A stretch of DNA of 64,000 nt from Acidobacteriota bacterium (GTDB lineage Bacteria; Acidobacteriota; Thermoanaerobaculia; UBA5066; Gp7-AA6). Of the stretch, positions 37,052 to 45,966 are shown piece after piece; position 1 is the stretch's first letter, and each line of letters begins with the position of its first letter. The translations under genes were made by a program, and so were the position numbers. The notes under the pieces were generated by a model, which saw only the letters and a program-made list of their open reading frames with translations, ran no database searches and was not told where the DNA came from. The stretch spans positions 1,352 through 65,351 of the forward strand of contig QHVV01000113.1 in the NCBI GenBank assembly GCA_003222385.1, given 5' to 3'.

Positions 37052-37393
37052 ATGATCTTATCGATGATCGATCTTCTGCAGACCGCGCCGCGACAGCCCG
37101 GCGGGGGACTCATCCAGTTCCTGCCGATGCTCTTCATCTTCGTCATCTTCTATTTCCTGTTGATCGCCCCGATGCGCAAGAAACAGAAGAGACAGCAGGA
37201 GCTGCTCGGGCAGCTGAAGAAAGGGGACGAAGTCGTCACCGGCGGAGGTCTCTTCGGAAGGATCGCGGCGTTCGACGAGACGCGCGGGGTGGTCATCCTC
37301 CAGGTCGCCGACAACGTGAAGATCAAGGTCCTGCGCACGTCGATCGTGGGACTGGCGGGCGAGTCGGAGGCGGTGGTCACCCCGACTTCCTAG
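37052..37393 (+). CDS. yajC: preprotein translocase subunit YajC
   Basis: IFYFLLIAP.RKKQK, LKKGDEVVT.GG..G; directly upstream of secD. Confidence 0.95.
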   Translation: MILSMIDLLQTAPRQPGGGLIQFLPMLFIFVIFYFLLIAPMRKKQKRQQELLGQLKKGDEVVTGGGLFGRIAAFDETRGVVILQVADNVKIKVLRTSIVGLAGESEAVVTPTS

Positions 37394-37454
37394 CCTCTCC
37401 GGGCCCTTTCTCGTATACACTCCACGGTTCTTTTTCGAGGAGCAGGAGGAAGCC

Positions 37455-39065
37455 TTGTCCAAGAGAGTTCGCTGGCGGGTGGTGCTGATCGTCCTCGTCG
37501 TCGCCGGAATGATCACGGGCTACATCGCCATGGGATACGCCAACGCCCGCCGGGAGTGGATCGGCCCGGGCAAGCCGTCGCTGTCCGAAGCGCTCAGGAA
37601 AGGCGTCAAGCTCGGTCTGGACCTGCGCGGCGGTATCCACCTGGTTCTCCAGGTCAACACGGCCGACGCCGTGAAGGCCGAACGGGACGACGCCGCCGAG
37701 CAGCTCCAGACCCAGGCCCGGGAGCAGGGGCTGACCCTCGGAGCGGTGGAGTTCCCGAACGAACGGGCGTTCTCGGTCGCCGTGACGCCGACGACCGACG
37801 AGAAGAAGCTCGAGGAGACGGTGAAACGGTTCCTGCCGGACTGGACGGTCTCGACCGCCGGCGGCAAGTGGATCTTCACTTTGAAGGACCTGGCTCGCCG
37901 GCAGATGGAGGACAACTCGGTCTCCCAGGCCGTCGAGACGATCCGCAACCGCATCGACGAGTTCGGGGTCGCCGAGCCTCTCATCGCGAGGCAGGGGTCG
38001 GATCGAATCCTCGTCCAGCTTCCCGGTATCGACGACCCGAAGCGGGTCAAGGACCTGATCAAGAGCACCGCTTTCCTGGAGCTGAAGCTGGTCGACTCGG
38101 GCCCTTCGGCCGACCGCAACGCCCTTCTTTCGACCCACGGCGGCCAGCTCCCTCCGAACCTCGAGCTCGTCGAGACGGCCGCCACGGCCGGGCAGCGGGA
38201 ACAGACCTGGTACCTGGTGCAGAAGTCGGCGGTGATCACCGGTCGGGACCTGAAAAACGCGCGGCCCACGCAACGGCAGCTCGGCGGAAACGCGGTGTCG
38301 TTCTTCCTGAATGCCGCCGGCGCGGAGAAGTTCGCCAAGGCGACCGGCGAAAACGTCGGCAAGCAGCTGGCGATCATTCTCGACCACCGCGTGAAGTCCG
38401 CTCCGACGATCAACGAACGTATCCACGACCAGGGCGAGATCAGCGGCAGTTTCACTCCGGAGGAGGCGAACGATCTGGCTCTGGTCCTGCGCGCGGGCGC
38501 GCTGCCCGCCGGCCTGACTTACCTCGAGGAGCGCACCGTCGGACCGTCGCTCGGCCTCGATTCGATCCGCAAGGGAGTCTCGGCCTCGGTCGCCGGCGCG
38601 CTGTTCGTTTTCGTGGCCATGACGGTCTACTACCGGCTCTCCGGTCTGAACGCGGTTCTCGCGCTCATCCTGAACGCCGTCATGCTCCTGGGAGCGATGG
38701 CGCTCTTCAACGCGACCCTCACTCTGCCCGGAATCGCGGGCTTCATCCTGACCATCGGCATGGCGGTCGATTCGAATGTGCTCATCTTCGAGCGCATCCG
38801 CGAAGAGCTCCGGGGAGGTCGCGCACCGAAGACCGCGATCGAGAACGGCTTCTCGAAAGCGTTCGCCACGATCATCGACACGCACTTGACCGTCATCATC
38901 TCGGCGATCTTTCTGTTTCAGTTCGGCACCGGCCCGGTGAAGGGATTCGCGGTGACCCTGATCCTCGGCCTCCTGATCTCGATCTTCACGGCCGTCTTCG
39001 TCTCGCACACGATCTTCGAGCTGACGTACGGCCGGCGCCAGCACATCGACGCCCTTTCGATCTGA
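37455..39065 (+). CDS. secD: protein translocase subunit SecD
   Basis: LGLDLRGG, RNRIDEFGVAEP, LRAGALPA, VGPSLG, LTLPGIAG, GMAVDSNVLIFERIREE. Confidence 0.96.
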   Translation: MSKRVRWRVVLIVLVVAGMITGYIAMGYANARREWIGPGKPSLSEALRKGVKLGLDLRGGIHLVLQVNTADAVKAERDDAAEQLQTQAREQGLTLGAVEFPNERAFSVAVTPTTDEKKLEETVKRFLPDWTVSTAGGKWIFTLKDLARRQMEDNSVSQAVETIRNRIDEFGVAEPLIARQGSDRILVQLPGIDDPKRVKDLIKSTAFLELKLVDSGPSADRNALLSTHGGQLPPNLELVETAATAGQREQTWYLVQKSAVITGRDLKNARPTQRQLGGNAVSFFLNAAGAEKFAKATGENVGKQLAIILDHRVKSAPTINERIHDQGEISGSFTPEEANDLALVLRAGALPAGLTYLEERTVGPSLGLDSIRKGVSASVAGALFVFVAMTVYYRLSGLNAVLALILNAVMLLGAMALFNATLTLPGIAGFILTIGMAVDSNVLIFERIREELRGGRAPKTAIENGFSKAFATIIDTHLTVIISAIFLFQFGTGPVKGFAVTLILGLLISIFTAVFVSHTIFELTYGRRQHIDALSI

Positions 39066-39075
39066 GGAAACCGGC

Positions 39076-40317
39076 ATGGAACTCTTTCGACAGACCAACA
39101 TCGATTTCCTCCGGTACAAGTGGATCGCGATCGGCGCGTCCTGGCTCATGATCGCGCTCGGGCTCTTCGCGATCTTCGTGCAGAAAGGGCTGAAGTTCGG
39201 CATCGACTTCGCCGGCGGAACGCAGATCGCGGTGCGGTTCACGCAGCGCCCCGATCTCGACCACCTGCGGAAGGTTCTCGACGCCGCGAACCTCGGCGAC
39301 ACCGGCATCCAGCGCTACGAAGATCCGTCGAAAAACGAGGTTCTGATCCGCGTCCAGCAGCAGAAGCGGGAAGGACGGGACGTTTCCCACGACGTGCAGG
39401 ACGCGCTGCGGTCGGGTCTCGCCCCGCCCGGCGCCGCCCCCTCGAAGCTCGACCTGAACCGCGAAGGGAGAGATTCGCTCGGCGGCCGCCTGACGGCGGC
39501 GGACCCGGATCACGTCTCCGGACGGCCGGACGTCGTTCCCGCGGACTACTACGGAAAGATCGCGGAGCGGATCATCGCTTACCGCTCCGCGGCCGGGATC
39601 TTCCGTTCCACGGCGGATTTCGACCGGCTGCCGGACGTCTCCGCGACCGTCAAGTCGTGGCTGAAGGCGAACTGCTTCGCCGGTCCGTTCGTGCTGCTTT
39701 CCGCCGAGAACGTCGGTCCGCAGGTGGGCGCGGACCTGCGCAAGAAGGCGCTGCTCGCAGTCGTCTGGTCGATCGGCGGAATGCTTGCCTACATCGCGAT
39801 CCGCTTCCGGTCGTTCCCCTTCGGAGTCGGCGCGGTGGTCGCGCTCATCCACGACACGCTCATCACGGTGGGTCTACTCGCGCTCATGGGGCGCGAATTC
39901 AATCTCGTCGTGGTCGCGGCGCTCCTGACCCTCGTCGGTTACTCCGTCAACGACACCGTCGTCGTGTACGACCGCGTGCGGGAGAACCAGCGCACTCCGA
40001 AGAAAGAGGCGCTCGAGTCCGTCATCAACCGGTCGATCAATCAGACGCTCTCCCGGACCGTGCTCACATCCGGGGCGACAATGCTCGTTTGCGTCGCCCT
40101 CTTCTTCCTGGGCGGCGAGGTGCTCAACACGTTCGCCCTCGCCCTGATCATCGGCATCATCGTCGGGACCTATTCCTCGATCTACGTTGCGGCTGCGATC
40201 GTCGTCATCTGGAAGGACCTGCGCACCCGCCGAAAGCTGCAGGTCGTTCCGGCCATCAGGCCGGCGCCGCCTCCTCCGCCCGCCGCCGCCAGGAAGAAGA
40301 AGTCGGGGAGACGCTAG
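39076..40317 (+). CDS. secF: protein translocase subunit SecF with a periplasmic HhH-like insertion
   Basis: GIDFAGG, VGPQVG, ALIHD, GYSVNDTVVVYDRVREN, QTLSRT, GTYSSIY. Confidence 0.96.
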   Translation: MELFRQTNIDFLRYKWIAIGASWLMIALGLFAIFVQKGLKFGIDFAGGTQIAVRFTQRPDLDHLRKVLDAANLGDTGIQRYEDPSKNEVLIRVQQQKREGRDVSHDVQDALRSGLAPPGAAPSKLDLNREGRDSLGGRLTAADPDHVSGRPDVVPADYYGKIAERIIAYRSAAGIFRSTADFDRLPDVSATVKSWLKANCFAGPFVLLSAENVGPQVGADLRKKALLAVVWSIGGMLAYIAIRFRSFPFGVGAVVALIHDTLITVGLLALMGREFNLVVVAALLTLVGYSVNDTVVVYDRVRENQRTPKKEALESVINRSINQTLSRTVLTSGATMLVCVALFFLGGEVLNTFALALIIGIIVGTYSSIYVAAAIVVIWKDLRTRRKLQVVPAIRPAPPPPPAAARKKKSGRR

Positions 40318-40355
40318 AGGCCCGACCCGCGCTTCGGCGTTAATCTAAGTCGGTC

Positions 40356-42539
40356 GTGATCCGCTTCGAGGACATCCTCGACCGCGTCGAGGCCTACAAC
40401 CCGCAGTCGAACCTGGACCTGCTGCGCCGCGCGTACGTCTTTTCCGCGCTCGAGCACAAAGGGCAGGTCCGGCGCTCCGGCGAGCCGTACCTGGTTCATC
40501 CGCTGCACGTCGCGGCGATCCTGGCGGAGATGAAGGCGGACGACGTCTCGATCGTCGTCGGTCTGCTGCACGACGTCCTCGAGGACACGCTGACGTCGAA
40601 GCAGTCGATCGCGAAGCAGTTCGGCCCGGAAGTCGCGGAGCTCGTCGACGGGCTCACCAAGATCGGAAAGTTCTCGTACGTGTCCCGGGAGCAGGAGCAG
40701 GCCGAGACCTTCCGCAAGATGATCCTCGCGATGGTGTCGGACCTCCGGGTCGTGCTCGTCAAGCTCGCCGACCGGCTCCACAACATGCGCACGCTGCAAC
40801 ACCTGCCCGAGGAGAAGCGCCGGGAGATCGCGCGGGAGACGCTCGACATCTACGCACCGATCGCGAACCGGCTCGGCATGGGACTCGTGAAGGGAGAGCT
40901 CGAGGACCTGGCCTTCATGCACCTCGAGCCGGAGGAGTACGCCCGCGTGGCTCTGGACGTGGAGCGCCGCATGAAGGGCTCGCAGACGATGATCGAGAAG
41001 ATCCGGGCGCGGCTCGCCGCCAAGCTCGCCGAGGCCGGGATCGCCGGCGAGGTCACCGGCCGGGTCAAGCGCTACTACTCCATCGCGGAAAAAATGCGCC
41101 GCCGCGAGGTGGACGCCGCCGAGCTCTACGACGTCCTCGCCTTCCGGATCGTGACGCCCGAGACCCGCGACTGCTACGCGGCACTCGGCCTGGTGCATCA
41201 GCTGTGGAGGCCGGTCCCGGGACGCATCAAGGACTACATCGCGATGCCGAAGCCGAACTTCTACCAGTCTCTCCACACGACCGTCATGGGGGAAGCGGCC
41301 CAGCCGTTCGAGATCCAGATCCGGACGAGGGAGATGGACCTGATCTCCGAGCGCGGGATCGCGGCACACTGGAAGTACAAGGAGGGGCGGCTCGGGCCGC
41401 ATGCCGACGACGCGCGCTTCCAGTGGCTGCGGCAGCTCGTGGATTGGCAGAGCGAGGTCTCCGATCCCCGTCAATTCCTCGCGTCGCTCAAGGTGGACCT
41501 CTATCCCGACGAGGTCTACACCTTCACTCCGAAGGGAGAGGTCTTCGCGTTTCCCCGCGGCGCGACCCCGCTCGACTTTGCATATCGAGTCCATACGGAC
41601 GTGGGCCATCGGTGCGTCGGCGCCCGCGTCAACGGCAAGCTGGTTCCGCTCCGGACGGCTCTCGCGAGCGGAGACATCGTCGAGATCCTGACCGCTCCGA
41701 ATCAGGCTCCGTCCCGGGATTGGCTCTCCTTCGTCGCGACGAGCCGGGCGCGGCACAAGATCCGTCACTTCATCCAGAGCCAGGAAAAGGCGCGCGCGGT
41801 CGAGCTCGGAAGAAGGCTCCTCGATCGGGAGCTCAAGAAATATCGGAAGACCGTCAAGAAGCTCGAAGCGGAAGGAAAGCTGCAGGCGGAGCTTCCGACG
41901 TGGGGCTTTTCGAAGTCAGAAGACCTCTACGCCGCTCTCGGGTACGGCAAGCTCGCCCCCCGGAACGCGCTCGAGCGGCTCATCCCGGCCGAGCAGCTCG
42001 ACCGCCCGGAACCCCCGAAACCCGAGACGGCGGTCTCGCGCGTCGTCCGGAAGATCCTGCCCTTCGGCGCTCCGGACATCACGGTCGTCGGCCACAACGA
42101 TCTCCTCGCCTCGCTCGCGAAGTGCTGCAACCCGGTGCCGGGCGAAAAGATCCTCGGGTACATCACGCGGGGACGGGGCGTCTCCGTGCACTCCGACAAC
42201 TGCCCCAACGTCCGCAACCTGCTCTACGACCCGGAACGGCAGATCGACGTCGCCTGGGCGGGGGAGAAGGGAGCGTCGTACGCGATCGAGCTCGACGTCG
42301 TCACGGACGATCGGCCCGGACTCCTGGCCGATCTGACCCAGGCGATCGCCGGCGAAGGCTCGAACATCCGCCGGATCGAGGCCCGCTCCGCCGAAGACGG
42401 GAGAGGCTACGTCTCGGTGTCGCTCGAGACCTCCGACGCGAAGCACCTCGAGAAGATTCTGGGCCGCCTGAAAGCGATCTCGGGCGTGCGGGAAGTCGTC
42501 CGGAAGTACAACGTGCCGAAGGCGGGTGAACGGGATTAG
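40356..42539 (+). CDS. rel: bifunctional (p)ppGpp synthetase/hydrolase Rel
   Basis: SGEPY, LLHDVLED (HD), KLADRLHNM, RIKDY, YQSLHT, EIQIRT, TGS domain, CCNPVPG, ACT domain. Confidence 0.96.
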   Translation: MIRFEDILDRVEAYNPQSNLDLLRRAYVFSALEHKGQVRRSGEPYLVHPLHVAAILAEMKADDVSIVVGLLHDVLEDTLTSKQSIAKQFGPEVAELVDGLTKIGKFSYVSREQEQAETFRKMILAMVSDLRVVLVKLADRLHNMRTLQHLPEEKRREIARETLDIYAPIANRLGMGLVKGELEDLAFMHLEPEEYARVALDVERRMKGSQTMIEKIRARLAAKLAEAGIAGEVTGRVKRYYSIAEKMRRREVDAAELYDVLAFRIVTPETRDCYAALGLVHQLWRPVPGRIKDYIAMPKPNFYQSLHTTVMGEAAQPFEIQIRTREMDLISERGIAAHWKYKEGRLGPHADDARFQWLRQLVDWQSEVSDPRQFLASLKVDLYPDEVYTFTPKGEVFAFPRGATPLDFAYRVHTDVGHRCVGARVNGKLVPLRTALASGDIVEILTAPNQAPSRDWLSFVATSRARHKIRHFIQSQEKARAVELGRRLLDRELKKYRKTVKKLEAEGKLQAELPTWGFSKSEDLYAALGYGKLAPRNALERLIPAEQLDRPEPPKPETAVSRVVRKILPFGAPDITVVGHNDLLASLAKCCNPVPGEKILGYITRGRGVSVHSDNCPNVRNLLYDPERQIDVAWAGEKGASYAIELDVVTDDRPGLLADLTQAIAGEGSNIRRIEARSAEDGRGYVSVSLETSDAKHLEKILGRLKAISGVREVVRKYNVPKAGERD

Positions 42540-42543
42540 GGTC

Positions 42544-42768
42544 TCAGGACCCGGCGCTGACGACCTGCGCCTTTCGGGGCGCCGGCTTCACGACCTTCCC
42601 CGACCTCAGACACCGCGTACAGGCGTTCACGCGCCGCGATCGTCCATCCACCACGGCCTTGACAGACCGGAGGTTCAGGTGCCATTTGCGGCTCGTGACG
42701 TTGTGGGCGTGACTGACGTTGGACCCCGTCATCGGAGTCTTTCCGCAAAAGTGGCAGTGCTGGGCCAT
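42544..42768 (-). CDS. rpmB: 50S ribosomal protein L28 (zinc-binding C+ form)
   Basis: CHFCGK...GSNVSHAHN...RKWHLNL...CTRCLRSG; GAGGAG RBS. Confidence 0.95.
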   Translation of the reverse strand: MAQHCHFCGKTPMTGSNVSHAHNVTSRKWHLNLRSVKAVVDGRSRRVNACTRCLRSGKVVKPAPRKAQVVSAGS

Positions 42769-42920
42769 CGGGTCTCCTCGTGGAACGATCTCACCGTCAA
42801 AAACGCGGCATCGTACAACGTCGCGTCGAGCGTTGAAAGTCCGAAAGTTCGGCAGTGCGAGATTCGCTCCGCGCAAGCTCGATCTGCGGGCCTGCAGCGG
42901 GCTCGCAGCGCCCGTAAACC

Positions 42921-42949
42921 TTGACTGTAGAAAAACTTTCTGCTATTTT
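42921..42949 (+). promoter_or_regulatory. sigma70-type promoter of the pil operon
   Basis: TTGACT-17 nt-TATTTT with an extended TG. Confidence 0.65.
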
Positions 42950-43017
42950 TCCTCCTAGCCGAAATAACCCAAGGTCAAAGCCCACAACCGTATGAATTTT
43001 TTCGGTAGGGCGAAAGC

Positions 43018-44079
43018 GTGCTATTCCGAAAGTCGAAGAACCTCGTAGGCCTCGACATCGGCTCGTCAGCGATCAAGCTGGTCGAGCTGAAAGATGTCAA
43101 GGGCGGGGGCTACAGGCTGGTCAAATCGGGTTTGGAAACCCTCTCTCCGGAGGCGATTGTCGATGGGGCGATCATGGATGCGTCCCTCGTGGTCGACACG
43201 GTCAACCGGCTCGTTTCGACGGCGAACGTGCGCAATCAGGACTTCGGGACCTCCCTTTCGGGCCACTCCGTCATCGTCAAGAAGATCAGCCTTCCCGCGA
43301 TGTCCCCCGAAGAGCTGTCGGAGTCGATCCGCTGGGAGGCCGAGCAGTACGTCCCGTTCGACATCAACGACGTCAACCTCGATTACGTCGTCCTGGAGTC
43401 GGGGGCGGGCGACACGATGGACGTCCTTCTGGTCGCGGTGAAGAAGGACAAGATCGGCGACTACACGAGCGTGATCTCCCAGGCCGGGCGCAACCCGATG
43501 CTGGTCGACGTGGACGCCTTTGCCCTCCAGAACGCGTTCGAGGCGAACTATCCGATCGAGGCAGGCCGCATCGTGGCTCTGGTCAACGTGGGCGCATCGG
43601 TCACGAATGTCAACATCCTGGCGGGCTCGAACACGATTTTCTGGCGAGACATCTCCTTCGGGGGCAACCAGTACACCGACGCCATCCAGAAGCAGCTTTC
43701 GCTCTCCTTCGACCAGGCCGAATCGCTCAAGAAGGGGGAGCGCGCGGGTGACCACTCGGTTTCCGAGATCTTTCCGATCCTCCGCTCGGTCTCCGACGAC
43801 CTGGCGCAGGAGCTCCAGAAAACGTTCGATTTCTTCCTCGCGACGACGTCGACCCAGCGGATCGATCAGCTCCTTCTTTCGGGAGGATCTTCGCGGGTGG
43901 TCAACTTCGATACACAGCTGAAAGAGCGCTTCGGGATGCCGGTGGAAGTGATGAACCCGTTCCGGCAGATCGACATCTCGGGCACGCCGGTGTCCGCGGA
44001 ATGGATCACGGAAAACGCGCCGAGCCTGGCGGTGGCAGTCGGGCTCGCGGTCCGCCATGTCGGAGACGAAGCCGCTTGA
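43018..44079 (+). CDS. pilM: type IV pilus assembly protein PilM
   Basis: Actin-like GLDIGSSAIK, EAEQYVPF, DVDAFAL, GGNQYT, LSGG, NPF, AVAVGLA. Confidence 0.95.
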   Translation: MLFRKSKNLVGLDIGSSAIKLVELKDVKGGGYRLVKSGLETLSPEAIVDGAIMDASLVVDTVNRLVSTANVRNQDFGTSLSGHSVIVKKISLPAMSPEELSESIRWEAEQYVPFDINDVNLDYVVLESGAGDTMDVLLVAVKKDKIGDYTSVISQAGRNPMLVDVDAFALQNAFEANYPIEAGRIVALVNVGASVTNVNILAGSNTIFWRDISFGGNQYTDAIQKQLSLSFDQAESLKKGERAGDHSVSEIFPILRSVSDDLAQELQKTFDFFLATTSTQRIDQLLLSGGSSRVVNFDTQLKERFGMPVEVMNPFRQIDISGTPVSAEWITENAPSLAVAVGLAVRHVGDEAA

Positions 44080-44720
44080 TCCGGATCAACCTCCTCACGG
44101 AGGCCCGCGCGGCCGCGGCGCGCAAGAAAACGCCGTTTCTGCCGTCCGGCGCCCGTCTGAACAACTTGATTCTGCTCGGCGGAGCGTCCCTGGGCCTCCT
44201 CTACATCGGCATCATGGCTCTCACCCTGACGCACCGGAGCCGGGATCTGGACGAGGAAATCGCGCGGGCGAACCAGGAGGTGGCACGCCTCCGTTCGATC
44301 ATCGACGAGGTCAAGGGCTACGAGGAAAAGAAGGCGAGCCTCGAGGCGAAGATTCAGCTCATCAACAACTTGAAGACCAACCAGAAGGGGCCCGTCCGGC
44401 TCATGGACGAGATCTCGCGAGCTCTTCCCGATCTGGTCTGGCTGACGGAGCTCGGCGTCTCCGGGAACCAGGTCACGCTGAAGGGCCGGACGCTGTCGCC
44501 CAACGCGGTGGCGACCTATCTGGAAAACATCAAGAAGAGTCCCTTCTTCGCGGAGCCGGTCTTCCGCAACCTCGGCAAGGAGAGCGACACGGCCGGCACC
44601 TACGTCTGGGAGATGACCCTGACCTTCACGAACGCTCAGGCGCTCGCGGTTGTCCCTCCGAGCGCGCCCGCGGCGGCGAGCCCACCGCAGCGGGGGAATT
44701 CACCGGCTCCGGGAACCTAG
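44076..44720 (+). CDS. pilN: type IV pilus assembly protein PilN
   Basis: IRINLL N-terminal motif, one TM helix, coiled coil, LP..VWL. Confidence 0.93.
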   Translation: MIRINLLTEARAAAARKKTPFLPSGARLNNLILLGGASLGLLYIGIMALTLTHRSRDLDEEIARANQEVARLRSIIDEVKGYEEKKASLEAKIQLINNLKTNQKGPVRLMDEISRALPDLVWLTELGVSGNQVTLKGRTLSPNAVATYLENIKKSPFFAEPVFRNLGKESDTAGTYVWEMTLTFTNAQALAVVPPSAPAAASPPQRGNSPAPGT

Positions 44721-44729
44721 GAACGACGC

Positions 44730-45413
44730 GTGGCGATCGACCTGAAGCTCGAAGACAAGCCGTGGTACCACGCGCTCGCGTACGGGCTCGTGATCGCCGG
44801 GCTGCTCGCCGGGGCCGTGCACTACGCCTGGTTCCGGGGCCTGAACGCGGAGATCAAGACCAAGCGCACGCAGCTCGAGGGGCTTCAGCAGGAGATCCAG
44901 AAGGGCCGCGCCGCCGAGCGAAAGCTTTCGCAGTTCCGCGAAGAGGTCCGGCGGCTCGAGCTCGAGCTCGCGAAGCTCCTGCAGGTCCTCCCCTCCAAGC
45001 GCAACACCGAGGATCTGATCAAGAGGATCGAAACTCTGACGCGTCAGGGAGACTTCACCCTGCGGAAGTTCACGCCGGGGGATTTCATCCCCAAAGACTT
45101 CTACGCGGAGTGGCCGATCGACATCGCGCTCGAGGGGACGTACCACAATCTCGCGCTCTTTTTCGATCGGATGAGCCGTTTTTCCCGCATCATCAACGTC
45201 GAGGACATGAAGATCAGCGCGCTGCCGAACATCGGACAGAAATCGATCAGCGCCGGGTTCGTGGCGAAGACCTTCATCTACACCGGGGACGAGGCCGCCA
45301 CTCATCCCGGGGAGGGTCAGCCGGCGGCCGGGAAGACCGGACCCACTCTCGGCCCGGCGGGTGTCAATGCCCGGAAGCTCAAAGAGCGCGCGGAAGGAAA
45401 GGGCGCCGAATGA
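44730..45413 (+). CDS. pilO: type IV pilus assembly protein PilO
   Basis: TM helix, coiled coil, LP, FYAEWPI...GTYH.L..FFD....RIINV. Confidence 0.92.
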   Translation: MAIDLKLEDKPWYHALAYGLVIAGLLAGAVHYAWFRGLNAEIKTKRTQLEGLQQEIQKGRAAERKLSQFREEVRRLELELAKLLQVLPSKRNTEDLIKRIETLTRQGDFTLRKFTPGDFIPKDFYAEWPIDIALEGTYHNLALFFDRMSRFSRIINVEDMKISALPNIGQKSISAGFVAKTFIYTGDEAATHPGEGQPAAGKTGPTLGPAGVNARKLKERAEGKGAE

Positions 45414-45925
45414 GATCTTCGTTTTCCGTCGCCGTCGCTCTCCTGCTCGCGGTCTTGATCGCGGCTGCGCGGCCGCCTCGTCCGACTCCGGCGCCGACGA
45501 AGACCCCGGCGCCGGCTCCCGGAGGCCTCAACTCGCCGGGTGAGGCGCTCCTGCAGCAGGACGAGGCCGCGCTCACCGGCCGCACGTACAGCTACGACCC
45601 GGCGGGCCGCCGCGATCCGTTTCGATCGCTCCTCGTCCGCCCGGAAGATCGCGCGCGAGGGGATCGCCCGCTCGGGGTCCCCGGTATGTCGATCGACGAC
45701 ATCGCGATCTACGGGATCTGGAAGACCCGCTCCGGTTACATCGCGCAGGTCCGAGCCACCGACAACAAGAGCTATCTCATCCGCGCGGGCGACCTCCTCT
45801 ACGACGGCGAGGTCACCCGCGTCGGGCCGAACGAAGTCGTGTTCCGCCAGAACATCAACGATCCGCAAAGTGTGAAGCCTTTCCGGGAAGTGACGAAGCA
45901 GTTGAACGTGACGCCAAAACCGTGA
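45410..45925 (+). CDS. pilP: PilP-like pilus assembly protein
   Basis: YDPAGRRDPF motif and a beta-rich C-terminal domain; lies between pilO and pilQ. Confidence 0.8.
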   Translation: MRSSFSVAVALLLAVLIAAARPPRPTPAPTKTPAPAPGGLNSPGEALLQQDEAALTGRTYSYDPAGRRDPFRSLLVRPEDRARGDRPLGVPGMSIDDIAIYGIWKTRSGYIAQVRATDNKSYLIRAGDLLYDGEVTRVGPNEVVFRQNINDPQSVKPFREVTKQLNVTPKP

Positions 45926-45966
45926 GGACCCGCGGGTTGAGGAATTCCGGCGCGACGGGAGGGACG

